IMG/VR virus record: IMGVR_UViG_3300030085_003139
Span: 1 to 59,661 of that record
DNA length: 59,661 bases
Reading direction: 5' to 3' (one strand)
From: a virus
Taxonomy: Duplodnaviria; Caudoviricetes
Position numbers and translations under genes: made by a program. Below the pieces are notes generated by a model. That model was not told where the DNA came from and made no database searches. It saw nothing but the letters and a program-made list of their open reading frames with translations. Below are positions 25,494 to 34,625 of the stretch, piece after piece (within the stretch, counting starts at the first letter, position 1; every line of letters starts with the position of its first letter).

Positions 25494-25651
25494 TGAAAGT
25501 TGCGGAAGTTTTAAGTTTAATGGAAAAACACGAAAAAGAGTCGAACAGACGATTCGAACGTATTGAAAAACAACTGGATAAATTAGACATGCGGTTATGG
25601 GGCATTGCAGGTTTAATTGTTGCAGCAGCTATTGCAGAAAGGTTTTTATAA
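25493..25651 (+). CDS. Small coiled-coil plus TM protein (52 aa, not in ORF track)
   Basis: TGATG and TAATG coupling on both sides. Confidence 0.6.
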   Translation: MKVAEVLSLMEKHEKESNRRFERIEKQLDKLDMRLWGIAGLIVAAAIAERFL

Positions 25652-25881
25652 TGCCGGGAACATCTAAAATGAAAACTCCACGTGGCTTATCTTATTTTCG
25701 AAAAGGCGGAGAAGCTTCTAAAAAAAGTAAAGGCAGTAAAATATGTCCCGCTGGTAAAGCTTGGGCAAAGCGAACTTTTGACACGTACCCTTCTGCTTAT
25801 GCAAATTTAGCAGCGTCAAAGTATTGTAAAGATCCAAATTACGCAAAGGGTGCAAAAGGTAAAAAGAAAGCGAAAGCATAA
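25651..25881 (+). CDS. Small basic protein
   Basis: YFRKGG, YPSAYAN; TAATG coupling. Confidence 0.65.
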   Translation: MPGTSKMKTPRGLSYFRKGGEASKKSKGSKICPAGKAWAKRTFDTYPSAYANLAASKYCKDPNYAKGAKGKKKAKA

Positions 25882-26264
25882 TGGGCGAGCTGCAAAAATG
25901 GTTGGATCAAGACTGGGTTCGTATTGGCACCGATGGTAAAGTAAAGGGCGAATGCGGAACTTCAAAGGATAAGAAAAACCCTGATCGGTGTTTGCCTCGC
26001 TCCAAGGCAAGATCGTTATCAAAGTCCCAACTAGCTTCAACAGCAAAGAAAAAGAAAAAAGCTGGCGCCAAAGGTAAGACGGTTGTTGCAAACACCAAAT
26101 CCGCTGAGGTTAAGATGGCTGCGCGTGGTGGGGAAATTATTTCACCTCAGAAAAGAAAACGTCCTTACAACGGTAAAAAAGTCACAGGGGCGGTTGTAGC
26201 GCGAGGTTGTGGTGCCGTTATGGAAAACAGAAGAAAGCATACAAAGGGGTCTGTATGTCAATGA
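25881..26264 (+). CDS. Basic protein (DUF5872-like)
   Basis: LQKWLDQDWV...CG...CLPRSKA; ARGCGAVM. Confidence 0.6.
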   Translation: MGELQKWLDQDWVRIGTDGKVKGECGTSKDKKNPDRCLPRSKARSLSKSQLASTAKKKKKAGAKGKTVVANTKSAEVKMAARGGEIISPQKRKRPYNGKKVTGAVVARGCGAVMENRRKHTKGSVCQ

Positions 26265-26866
26265 TTAATGTACATAATTTTTATGTTGGCGACGAAAAAG
26301 AGATTTGTGAAGAGATAAGAGCGTGGTCTGCTTTTGCTTTAGAAAAGAAATCACCTTATTTTAATAACATGCCCCCATGTCCTTACGCAAAAAAAGCTTG
26401 GTTAGATAATCGTGTAGCAATTGTTTTTAAATATGGCGGATCCCAAGCGTTGACTAGTTGCATGAGTAATTTTTCGGATTCTCTTGATTTGGTCATAATT
26501 GTTGACCAATTCTTTAAAAGAGATGCGGAATCTTTTCATGGTGAATTAGAAACATATAACGAAGCAATCTCTCAAGGTATTTTTGGGCAGAAAGATCTTT
26601 GGTTAATGGGTTTTCACCCTGACGATGACAGCAACGATTTAGTTGATGACGGGTCTTTTGAGCCCCACATAAACACCCCTTATGCTATGATATTTTTACA
26701 GAGATTATCTAAAGTCCAAGAAGCAGCATATACTTTGCGTGAGTTAGGATATTATGATAAGTATCAAGAAGACTACAATGTCGATGAAATATTTAATCAA
26801 CGTGAAACCCTTTACAGGAGACTGAAAGATGGCGATGAGACCCAGAAAAAAACCAGCAGCGGCTAA
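26255..26866 (+). CDS. DUF1415-like hypothetical protein
   Basis: PCPYAKKAW, GFHPDD; start uncertain. Confidence 0.55.
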   Translation: MSMINVHNFYVGDEKEICEEIRAWSAFALEKKSPYFNNMPPCPYAKKAWLDNRVAIVFKYGGSQALTSCMSNFSDSLDLVIIVDQFFKRDAESFHGELETYNEAISQGIFGQKDLWLMGFHPDDDSNDLVDDGSFEPHINTPYAMIFLQRLSKVQEAAYTLRELGYYDKYQEDYNVDEIFNQRETLYRRLKDGDETQKKTSSG

Positions 26867-26987
26867 GAAAATGCGTGGCGGAGGCATGGTTAAGAAAATG
26901 CGTGGCGGAGGCATGGTTAAGAAGATGCGCGGCGGAGGCATGGTTAAGAAGATGCGCGGCGGCGGTATGGTAAAAAAGAAGAAATAA
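26829..26987 (+). CDS. 52-aa basic repeat microprotein (KKMRGGGMV x4; not in ORF track)
   Basis: AGGAG RBS; four 27-bp units that differ only synonymously in this frame. Confidence 0.75.
   Translation: MAMRPRKKPAAAKKMRGGGMVKKMRGGGMVKKMRGGGMVKKMRGGGMVKKKK
26865..26972 (+). repeat. 27-bp tandem repeat x4
   Basis: AAGAARATGCGYGGCGGMGGYATGGTW. Confidence 0.95.
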
Positions 26988-26990
26988 GTT

Positions 26991-27659
26991 ATGGCGACCT
27001 CTGGCACAAAAACGTTTGAATTAAACGTCACCGATTATATTGAAGAGGCTTTTGAACGGTGCGGACTGGAAGTTCGCACTGGTTATGACGTTCAAACGGC
27101 TAAGCGGTCGCTAAACCTTATGTTAGCGGAATGGGCGAATAGAGGTATAAACCAGTGGACTATAGAGCAAACAACACAAACGTTGACTAAAGGGACGGCC
27201 AGTTATTCTTTGGGGGCAAACACCATAGACGTTTTGTCTGCTGTAGTCCGTAGGGACAGCACAGACTTTGGTTTAACTAGAGTTAGTCGCGACGATTACC
27301 TTAATATTCCAAACAAAAGCACAGAGGCACGTGTATCACAGTTTTTTGTTGACAGACAAATAGAGCCTCTACTGAAGGTTTGGCCAACCCCTGATAACAG
27401 CACTGATGTGATTATTTTTGATCGTTTAGTTCGCATGGATGATTCGGGTTCGGCGATAAATACGCTTGATGTCCCTTTTCGATTTTACCCTTGTTTAGCC
27501 GCAGGTCTTTCTTACTATCTAGCGATCAAACGTGCGCCAGATAGAATACAACTTTTGAAAGCGGTTTACGAAGAAGAAATTGATCGTGCAATGACTGAAG
27601 ACAGGGATCGAGCGTCCTTTAATGTCCAACCAAGCTTGGATTACTACAGGGTGAACTAA
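26991..27659 (+). CDS. Putative head-tail adaptor/tail tubular protein
   Basis: IEEAFERCG...RSLNLMLAEWANRG; position in the neck region. Confidence 0.6.
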   Translation: MATSGTKTFELNVTDYIEEAFERCGLEVRTGYDVQTAKRSLNLMLAEWANRGINQWTIEQTTQTLTKGTASYSLGANTIDVLSAVVRRDSTDFGLTRVSRDDYLNIPNKSTEARVSQFFVDRQIEPLLKVWPTPDNSTDVIIFDRLVRMDDSGSAINTLDVPFRFYPCLAAGLSYYLAIKRAPDRIQLLKAVYEEEIDRAMTEDRDRASFNVQPSLDYYRVN

Positions 27660-28447
27660 TGTCTAAATATGCGATTGGTAGAAAAGCATACGGTATTTCA
27701 GACCGATCGGGTTTCAGGTATCCTCTTAATAGAATGCGTAAAGAGTGGACGGGCTTAATTGTTGGCGCGGATGAGTGGGAACCAAAGCACCCACAATTAG
27801 AGCCTTTGCGGGACGTTTCCGATGCGCAAGCTTTAAAAGATGCGCGCCCTGAGACAGAGTTAAGTGTTCAGAGGAGCACTCAATATGGTTTTAATCCAGT
27901 CGGTTTTAAAGAAATATCGGGAGTAACGCCTGATAATGATTTAGTAGCTACGGGTGAAGTAGGTACGGTGACTGTCTTTTTACCAAAAACTTTAGGCGCG
28001 CAGGCCTTGGGCGGCGTGGGCACAGTAACCGTTCAACTCCCTGCTACTGTAAACCAAGCTCTTACAGGCTCTGTAGCTACGGGTGGCGTAGCGTCTGTTT
28101 CATTGTCTACAAACGTAACGACGTTCTATGTTACTGTCGCTAACCCCGGCAGCGGTAATGTTTACTATATCAACGGCACACCTCAAGCGACCATGAATTT
28201 GTTAGAGGGCAATATATACCATTTTGATCAAAGCGATTCGACCAATAGCGGACATCCGTTGCGCTTCTCAACAACTTCTGACGGCACACATGGCAGTGGC
28301 GTACCTTACACCACGGGTGTGGTAACTGTTGGAACACCGGGTAGCTTGGGATCGTACACAGAAATAACGGTAGCCGCAGGAGCTCCAACATTGTATTATT
28401 ATTGTACCAACCATTCAGGTATGGGAGGCCAAGCGAACACACCATGA
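27659..28447 (+). CDS. Virion protein with a C-terminal cupredoxin-like domain
   Basis: GHPLRFS...LYYYCTNHSGMGG. Confidence 0.6.
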   Translation: MSKYAIGRKAYGISDRSGFRYPLNRMRKEWTGLIVGADEWEPKHPQLEPLRDVSDAQALKDARPETELSVQRSTQYGFNPVGFKEISGVTPDNDLVATGEVGTVTVFLPKTLGAQALGGVGTVTVQLPATVNQALTGSVATGGVASVSLSTNVTTFYVTVANPGSGNVYYINGTPQATMNLLEGNIYHFDQSDSTNSGHPLRFSTTSDGTHGSGVPYTTGVVTVGTPGSLGSYTEITVAAGAPTLYYYCTNHSGMGGQANTP

Positions 28448-29106
28448 GTTTTACATACGACGGTTTAAAACAAGCAATTCAAGATTATACGGAAAATTCG
28501 GAAACGACTTTCGTAAACAATCTTCCTATATTTATAAGGGCAGCAGAAGAGCGGATATTAAAAAACGTTCAGCTCAATCTATTTATGCGGAATAAACAGG
28601 GTCTTACAAGCACTGGAAATCAATATTTAGGTGCGCCAACTGATTTCTTGGCACCCTTTTCAATTACAATTTATAAAGGAACGGCTTCAGGAAACTATGA
28701 AAAAGAGTTTCTTCAATTTAAAGATCTTTCGTTTATAGAGGAATATAACCCTGATTACACTGTAACAGGAAAGCCAAAATACTATGCGCAATTCGACGTT
28801 GGTAACTTTATATTGGCTCCTACTCCTGACGCAGACTATGATGTAGAGGTTCAATACCTTTATAGACCCGCCAGTCTTACATCTGGTGCGGGGACGGCTA
28901 CTTCTTGGTTGAGTGAAAACGCCGAGCTCTCCTTGTTATATGGGTCTTTAGTAGAGGCTTATACCTTTATGAAAGGAGAGCCCGACATGATGGCTCAATA
29001 CAATCAACGCTTTCAAGAAGCTCTAGTTGGGCTTAAAATGTTAGGTGAAGCAAAAGAAACCACACAAGAATATCGTGTTGGTAAAGTTATAAGGCCAAAA
29101 CAATAA
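28444..29106 (+). CDS. Putative head-tail connector protein
   Basis: FIRAAEERI...LAPTPD...LLYGSLVEA. Confidence 0.6.
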   Translation: MSFTYDGLKQAIQDYTENSETTFVNNLPIFIRAAEERILKNVQLNLFMRNKQGLTSTGNQYLGAPTDFLAPFSITIYKGTASGNYEKEFLQFKDLSFIEEYNPDYTVTGKPKYYAQFDVGNFILAPTPDADYDVEVQYLYRPASLTSGAGTATSWLSENAELSLLYGSLVEAYTFMKGEPDMMAQYNQRFQEALVGLKMLGEAKETTQEYRVGKVIRPKQ

Positions 29107-29399
29107 TGTTTAAACTTAATTTTGATGTTCCAGACGATCCAATCGTCAAAATACAAACAACAAACAATCGTGGGTTTAGTCCCGATGAAGTTGCAGAACG
29201 CTGCGTTGAGAAGCTAATCAGTGTATCTGATACAGCACATCCCGCTATCAGGGATCAGGCTCAAGCGTTCCAAAAGCACATGGAAAAGGTGGTTGCATTT
29301 TATATGCGCGAAGCTATTCGCAGTGACCGCACAACCGTGTATAATGCCCTTATAGATGCAGGGCATCCAAAACTGGCTGACGCAATAAGGAGATTATGA
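29106..29399 (+). CDS. Hypothetical protein
   Basis: TAATG coupling. Confidence 0.65.
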   Translation: MFKLNFDVPDDPIVKIQTTNNRGFSPDEVAERCVEKLISVSDTAHPAIRDQAQAFQKHMEKVVAFYMREAIRSDRTTVYNALIDAGHPKLADAIRRL

Positions 29400-29400
29400 C

Positions 29401-29829
29401 ATGGCGATCACGCAAGCAATGTGTACTTCTTTCAAGAAAGAGCTTCTTGAGGGAACACACAACTTTAAAAACTCAGGAGGAAGCACTTTTAAGCTTGCTC
29501 TCTTCACATCATCAGCAACACTAGGTGCTTCGACAACAGCGTATGCTGTAACTAACGAAGTTTCTGGCACAGGCTATTCTGCTGGCGGCAATACGTTGAC
29601 AAGAGTAGACCCAAGCTCTAGCGGCACAACTGCTTTGACTGATTTTGGTGACACGACGTTTTCAACAGCAACAATTACAGCAAATGGCGCATTGATTTAT
29701 AACAGTAGTGCGTCAGATAAAGCTGTTATTGTATTGGCGTTTGGCGGCGATAAGACATCGACTGCTGGCGATTTTACTGTTCAGTTCCCAACAGCGGACG
29801 CGAGTAACGCTATTATCCGTATCGCCTAA
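29401..29829 (+). CDS. Putative tail structural protein
   Basis: FKLALFTS...NEVSGTGYSAGG. Confidence 0.6.
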   Translation: MAITQAMCTSFKKELLEGTHNFKNSGGSTFKLALFTSSATLGASTTAYAVTNEVSGTGYSAGGNTLTRVDPSSSGTTALTDFGDTTFSTATITANGALIYNSSASDKAVIVLAFGGDKTSTAGDFTVQFPTADASNAIIRIA

Positions 29830-29842
29830 ACGGTAAAATCCG

Positions 29843-31003
29843 ATGACAGCGATTTCGGGTTGGGGTAGAGGTACATGGTCTCAATATAGTTGGGGCGAAC
29901 CCCTCCCAGTGGTTGTCACGGGAGTGGCAGGAACAGGTGCGGTCGGTTCTGTTTCTGTCGTTGCGGAAGCTAATGTTCCAGAGACAGGGCTGGCGGCTAC
30001 AGGTGGCGTCGGCTCTGTTTCGGTTGTAGCGGAAGCAAATACAGCCGTTACGGGTTCTGAGGGAACAGGTGCGGTTGGATCAGTTGTTGTTGCGGCTGCG
30101 GCTGATGTAGGTGCTACAGGTTCTGCTGGTACAGGAGCCGTAGGCACAGTCACTATGACAGGTGACGCAAATGTTCCACAAACAGGTATATCTGGCACGG
30201 GAGCCGTAGGCACGGTTGTTGTTGCGGCGAATGCAGATGTCGGCGTAACAGGCGAGTCTGCCACAGGTTCTGTCGATTCAGTCACCGTTACAGGTACAGC
30301 AAACGTTGCTGCTTCTGGGTCTGCGGGTACAGGAGCCGTAGGATCACCAACGATCAGTGGTGATGCGATTGTCCCAGAGACAGGTATTTCAGCTACAAGT
30401 GCGGTTGGTAGTGTAACGATTGCAGCGAATGCGGACGTAGGCGTAACGGGATCTGCTGGTACAGGTGCGCTTAATTCTGTTACTGTGCAGGGTGCAGCAA
30501 ACGTTCCAGAGACAGGTATTTCTGCCACAGGCGGCGTTGGTAGCGTTACAGTTGTAGGCGTTGGCAACATAGCGGTCACAGGAGAAGAGGCCACAGGCGC
30601 GGTTGGCACGGCTACCGTTGATGCGGCGGCGAATGTAAATATTGTAATCAATCCTGTTGGCAGCGCAGAAATTGCCCGTGGTCAAGTCGGCACCGTTATT
30701 GCTGGTATTTCTGTGGACTTTGTAACAACGGGATTGTCTAGTAGCACAAATGTTGGTAATGTAACGGTAAAAGCAAACGCAGATGCTATCGTAACTGGTT
30801 TTGAGTTACAAGGAGATGTAGGAAATGTTAGAGTATTTGATCAGGTCATTCCCGTTCAAAACCCGAACTTCCAGCCCCCTGTACCCGGTACGCAACCGGG
30901 CGATCCTTTATCTAGCCCTGCTTACAAGCAACCTCAAGGAGCACCCGGTGGGTTTGTGCCGGGGGATCGTTTACAAGCTGCCGCATGGAAAGACGTAGCA
31001 TAG
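29843..31003 (+). CDS. Repetitive Val/Gly/Ala/Thr-rich fibre-like protein
   Basis: Repeats of about 22 aa, TG.AGTGAVGSV.V...ANV. Confidence 0.7.
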   Translation: MTAISGWGRGTWSQYSWGEPLPVVVTGVAGTGAVGSVSVVAEANVPETGLAATGGVGSVSVVAEANTAVTGSEGTGAVGSVVVAAAADVGATGSAGTGAVGTVTMTGDANVPQTGISGTGAVGTVVVAANADVGVTGESATGSVDSVTVTGTANVAASGSAGTGAVGSPTISGDAIVPETGISATSAVGSVTIAANADVGVTGSAGTGALNSVTVQGAANVPETGISATGGVGSVTVVGVGNIAVTGEEATGAVGTATVDAAANVNIVINPVGSAEIARGQVGTVIAGISVDFVTTGLSSSTNVGNVTVKANADAIVTGFELQGDVGNVRVFDQVIPVQNPNFQPPVPGTQPGDPLSSPAYKQPQGAPGGFVPGDRLQAAAWKDVA

Positions 31004-31012
31004 GAGATTTAT

Positions 31013-31615
31013 ATGGCGAGTACGTTTACAACAAACTTTGCGATTGAAAAGCCGGGCACTGGTGAACAATCGGGTACATGGGGTACGACCACAAACCTTA
31101 ACTTTGATATTTTTGATCGGTTAGCTGGATACAAAAGCGTTACCATATCGGGCACAACGCATACTTTGACAGTAAGACCAAGCTCTCCATCGTCTGGATC
31201 GAGCAACGCATCAGATGGTATGTATCGTGTTATTGAGTTTGTAGACGCAGGATCTGATCTGGGTGCAGACGTAACGCTTACAATCGCACCAAATACAACT
31301 CAGGCCTTTTTTATCTTTAAAAATTCACTTACTGCGGATAGAAATATAATCGTTACACAAGGTAGCGGAACCAACGTCACAGTGCCGGGAACAGGCAAAG
31401 TAAGCATTGTATACGGTGATGGTGGCGGATCAGGAGCAAATGTGATAAGTGTTAGTGACACTCTGGCGATGTCAAACCCTGAAATTACAGGTGGGGTGGC
31501 GACAGGGTTGACGGACTTGAGCATGGCAGATGCTACTGCACAGGCGAAAGCCCACACAGGGTTAAATGTAGACGCGGCGGGTACTGCTGTCGCATTATCA
31601 ATTGCGTTAGGGTAG
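31013..31615 (+). CDS. Putative tail protein
   Basis: GEQSGTWGTTTN; ends ALSIALG. Confidence 0.6.
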   Translation: MASTFTTNFAIEKPGTGEQSGTWGTTTNLNFDIFDRLAGYKSVTISGTTHTLTVRPSSPSSGSSNASDGMYRVIEFVDAGSDLGADVTLTIAPNTTQAFFIFKNSLTADRNIIVTQGSGTNVTVPGTGKVSIVYGDGGGSGANVISVSDTLAMSNPEITGGVATGLTDLSMADATAQAKAHTGLNVDAAGTAVALSIALG

Positions 31616-31619
31616 TTAG

Positions 31620-31967
31620 ATGGCAACAAATACATTCAAACGAAAGATCTCAGCAGGTATAGGAACCACGGCTACGGCGGTTGGTGGCTATCAGGTTTTA
31701 TTAGACGTTCAAACCACAGCGATTGGTTTGGCTCTGGCAAACGTAGCCTCTTCTCAGATTACTGTGAGCGTGACGTTAAACACGCAAGCGGGTGATACGG
31801 TTCATATTATTAAGGACGCACCGATCCCAAGCGGTGGTGCGTTAATCCCGATTGGTGGGGATCAAAAGGTTGTTATGGAGCATAATGATCAAATTAAAGT
31901 CGTGTCGGATACCGCATCGTCAGTAGATGCTATCCTGAGTATTCTTGAGATAGACACATCAACGTAG
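31620..31967 (+). CDS. Putative tail protein
   Basis: MATNTFK...SILEI, beta-rich. Confidence 0.6.
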   Translation: MATNTFKRKISAGIGTTATAVGGYQVLLDVQTTAIGLALANVASSQITVSVTLNTQAGDTVHIIKDAPIPSGGALIPIGGDQKVVMEHNDQIKVVSDTASSVDAILSILEIDTST

Positions 31968-31976
31968 GAGCTATAG

Positions 31977-33023
31977 ATGCCATATTTAGGTAACGAACCA
32001 GCCGTAGCATACACAAGCACCACGAAGGATAGCTTTAGTGGTGATGGCTCTACAACAGCTTTTACAATGTCCAAGTCCGCAAACGTCAATGCGGTTCGCG
32101 TAGTTGTAGAGAACGTTATTCAAGATCCAAGTGTGGCATACGCTTGTAGCGGAACAACATTGACATTCACATCGGCACCCCCTTCAGGCACAAATAATAT
32201 CTACGTTGTGCATCTAGGTCCACCCGCCGCGACTGTTGCACCGCCTTCCACTATTAACAATGCGACTACATTCACCAGTAACGTTACTTTAAAAAGTGAA
32301 GTTCCTGAAGACACAGACGGTGGCAGAGGAAGAGGAATTGATTTTCAAGGTACGCAATCAGGTGGTGAAGTTAGTAAGTTAGCGCAAATATTAGCTTCTC
32401 ACGATGGTACTGCGGATGATGAGAAAGGGAAAATTTCTTTTAAAACCAATGACGGAAATGACAGCAATTCTCCTACAGAACGGTGGTTGATTACAAGTGA
32501 GGGGCATTTTAAAGCAGCGGCTAACGGATACGGTATTGATTTTTCTGCTACTGAAGGAAGTGGTGCAGCTACAAATGGCTCTATTCTTGATGATTATGAA
32601 GAAGGAACTTGGACGCCAGTAATTAAAGATGGGGCCACTGGAAATGCTGCTGGTATGGCCTCTCAAGATGGGCTTTATACAAAAATTGGAAATTTAGTTT
32701 ATGTAATTTTTCAATTACAAATAAACAGTGTAAGCGGTATGACAGGTTCTAATCAGTGTCATATTACTGGTTTACCTTTTACAGTAAACAACGATTTAGG
32801 TAACGGTGCAGAACCGTCTGGTGGAATTATAACATATATTAATAATCTAGACACTGCGAATTATGGATTAATATTTGCAAGAGCTAACAATGGTACCACT
32901 AATATAGAAATTAAATACACGGGAACTAGCTACGATGTTGGGGGTGGTGGTAGTTTTTTAGTAAATAATTTTGATTCTGGTGCGGATACCTTTATGACTG
33001 GCAGTGTAATGTACAGAATATAA
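31977..33023 (+). CDS. Tail fibre/receptor-binding protein
   Basis: MPYLGNEP, FSGDGSTTAFT, LDDYEEGTWTP, YTKIGNLV, ITGLPF. Confidence 0.75.
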   Translation: MPYLGNEPAVAYTSTTKDSFSGDGSTTAFTMSKSANVNAVRVVVENVIQDPSVAYACSGTTLTFTSAPPSGTNNIYVVHLGPPAATVAPPSTINNATTFTSNVTLKSEVPEDTDGGRGRGIDFQGTQSGGEVSKLAQILASHDGTADDEKGKISFKTNDGNDSNSPTERWLITSEGHFKAAANGYGIDFSATEGSGAATNGSILDDYEEGTWTPVIKDGATGNAAGMASQDGLYTKIGNLVYVIFQLQINSVSGMTGSNQCHITGLPFTVNNDLGNGAEPSGGIITYINNLDTANYGLIFARANNGTTNIEIKYTGTSYDVGGGGSFLVNNFDSGADTFMTGSVMYRI

Positions 33024-33069
33024 AAACCTATACCTCTAGTGGAATCTAGGGGCGGACAAGGAGATGAAA

Positions 33070-33351
33070 ATGGCACTAACGGAAGAAGCAGTAGAAGACA
33101 AAATTGAAATAGTCGGCAAGTTCAAGCACATACAAGTGCGAACAGCTACCGTTATTAAACGTGATGGTGTAGAGATTAGCAGAGTGTTTTCACGCCATGT
33201 CGTTGCACCAAATATAAGTGCAGATGATTTAGCTAATGAAAGCGCAGATGTCAGAGCTATTGCTGCACAAGTACATACTGATGCAGTTAAGACAGCCTAC
33301 GCTGCAAATCTTGCAGAAAATAAACCTGAACATACTTCAGACGGAGACTAG
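33070..33351 (+). CDS. Tail-fibre-associated small protein
   Basis: IQVRTATVIKRDGVEISR; follows the fibre gene. Confidence 0.6.
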   Translation: MALTEEAVEDKIEIVGKFKHIQVRTATVIKRDGVEISRVFSRHVVAPNISADDLANESADVRAIAAQVHTDAVKTAYAANLAENKPEHTSDGD

Positions 33352-33354
33352 ATA

Positions 33355-34449
33355 ATGAGCAAGGCACGAGAACTAGCTGAACTAGGTGCGGTTTACGATA
33401 GCGGTGCCTTGTCGAACAGGAACCTTGTGATTAATGGTGGGATGCAGGTGGCTCAAAGAGCTACGTCTGTAACGGGTATAGGCACAAATGCTGGAGCATA
33501 TCATACATTAGATAGATGGAAGCTATATGCTAACAATACAGCAGGAAGATTAACTATGTCTCAAGCTTCTGATGGACCTAGTGGCTTTGCTAACTGTTTA
33601 AAATTTGATTGCACTACAGCCGATACTTCTATTGCTGCTGATGAAGCCCTTATATTAATTACTAGGTTTGAAGGACAAGACTTACAAAAGTTTGCTAAAG
33701 GAACTTCAGATGCTAAACCTTTTGCTGTATCTTTCTATGTAAAAGGTGACGCAAATGCAACTTACGTTTGTGAATTGCGAGATGAAGATAATACTAGAAT
33801 TATAAGTAAACTTTTTTCTGTAACAACAGCATGGACAAGAGTTGAAATAATATTTCCTGCGGATACAACTGGTGCTTTTACAGATGATAATAACCTCAGT
33901 TTGAGTATGAATATTTTTTTACACGCTGGTTCAAATTATACTAGCGGTACATTAAATTCTTCTTCTTGGGCTGCTAATAATAATGCAAATAGAGCTGTGG
34001 GAATATCTTCTTTTTTTGATAGTACAAACAGAGAATTTTATTTAACTGGCGTCCAACTCGAAGTAGGAGACACAGCAACTCCGTTTGAGCATCGAAGCTT
34101 TGATGATGAGTTGCGGAGGTGTTACAGATATTATCAGCAATTAAAAAACACATTAGGTACACATTATCTTGGTATAAACCAAGCCTATTCTACTGGTGCT
34201 GTATTTGGGATGGTAAGAGACTATATTGTACCTATGAGAACAGTTCCTACTGTTGGACAAGATGGAAATTTTTCATTTTCCCAAGCAGATTCAGCAGCAA
34301 TTAATACAGGGGCTATACAAAATCTTGCTGCAAATGACGCTGGATGGTATTGTGGCGGTTGGTCTGGTGGTTCTGGTTTAGTATATGGTGGAGCTTCTGT
34401 TCTTTATTGGGCAGTTAACGCAAAATTAACAGCCGATGCGGAGTTATAA
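33355..34449 (+). CDS. Tail fibre/carbohydrate-binding-type protein, paralog A
   Basis: NRNLVINGGMQVAQR...TGVQLEVG..ATPFEHRS..EL.RC.RY. Confidence 0.72.
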   Translation: MSKARELAELGAVYDSGALSNRNLVINGGMQVAQRATSVTGIGTNAGAYHTLDRWKLYANNTAGRLTMSQASDGPSGFANCLKFDCTTADTSIAADEALILITRFEGQDLQKFAKGTSDAKPFAVSFYVKGDANATYVCELRDEDNTRIISKLFSVTTAWTRVEIIFPADTTGAFTDDNNLSLSMNIFLHAGSNYTSGTLNSSSWAANNNANRAVGISSFFDSTNREFYLTGVQLEVGDTATPFEHRSFDDELRRCYRYYQQLKNTLGTHYLGINQAYSTGAVFGMVRDYIVPMRTVPTVGQDGNFSFSQADSAAINTGAIQNLAANDAGWYCGGWSGGSGLVYGGASVLYWAVNAKLTADAEL

Positions 34450-34451
34450 AT

Positions 34452-34625
34452 ATGAATATTGAGTCAGCACAATATATTAAAGATATAGATGAAACTAACA
34501 TTGCTGTTTCTGCTGTAATAGATGGAGAAACATTATCCATACCTTTAAATATAGAAGGAAATCGACATTGGGTAGCTCTACAAGCATGGGTAGCTGAAGG
34601 AAACACAATACAGGAGGCTGATTAA
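34452..34625 (+). CDS. Small fibre-associated protein, paralog A (57 aa, not in ORF track)
   Basis: MNIESAQY...NRHW...WVAEGNTIQEAD. Confidence 0.65.
   Translation: MNIESAQYIKDIDETNIAVSAVIDGETLSIPLNIEGNRHWVALQAWVAEGNTIQEAD

Noticed and set aside
29881-30651. 256-aa antisense ORF
   Set aside because: Shadow of the repetitive plus-strand fibre gene; the same applies to most short antisense ORFs in the track
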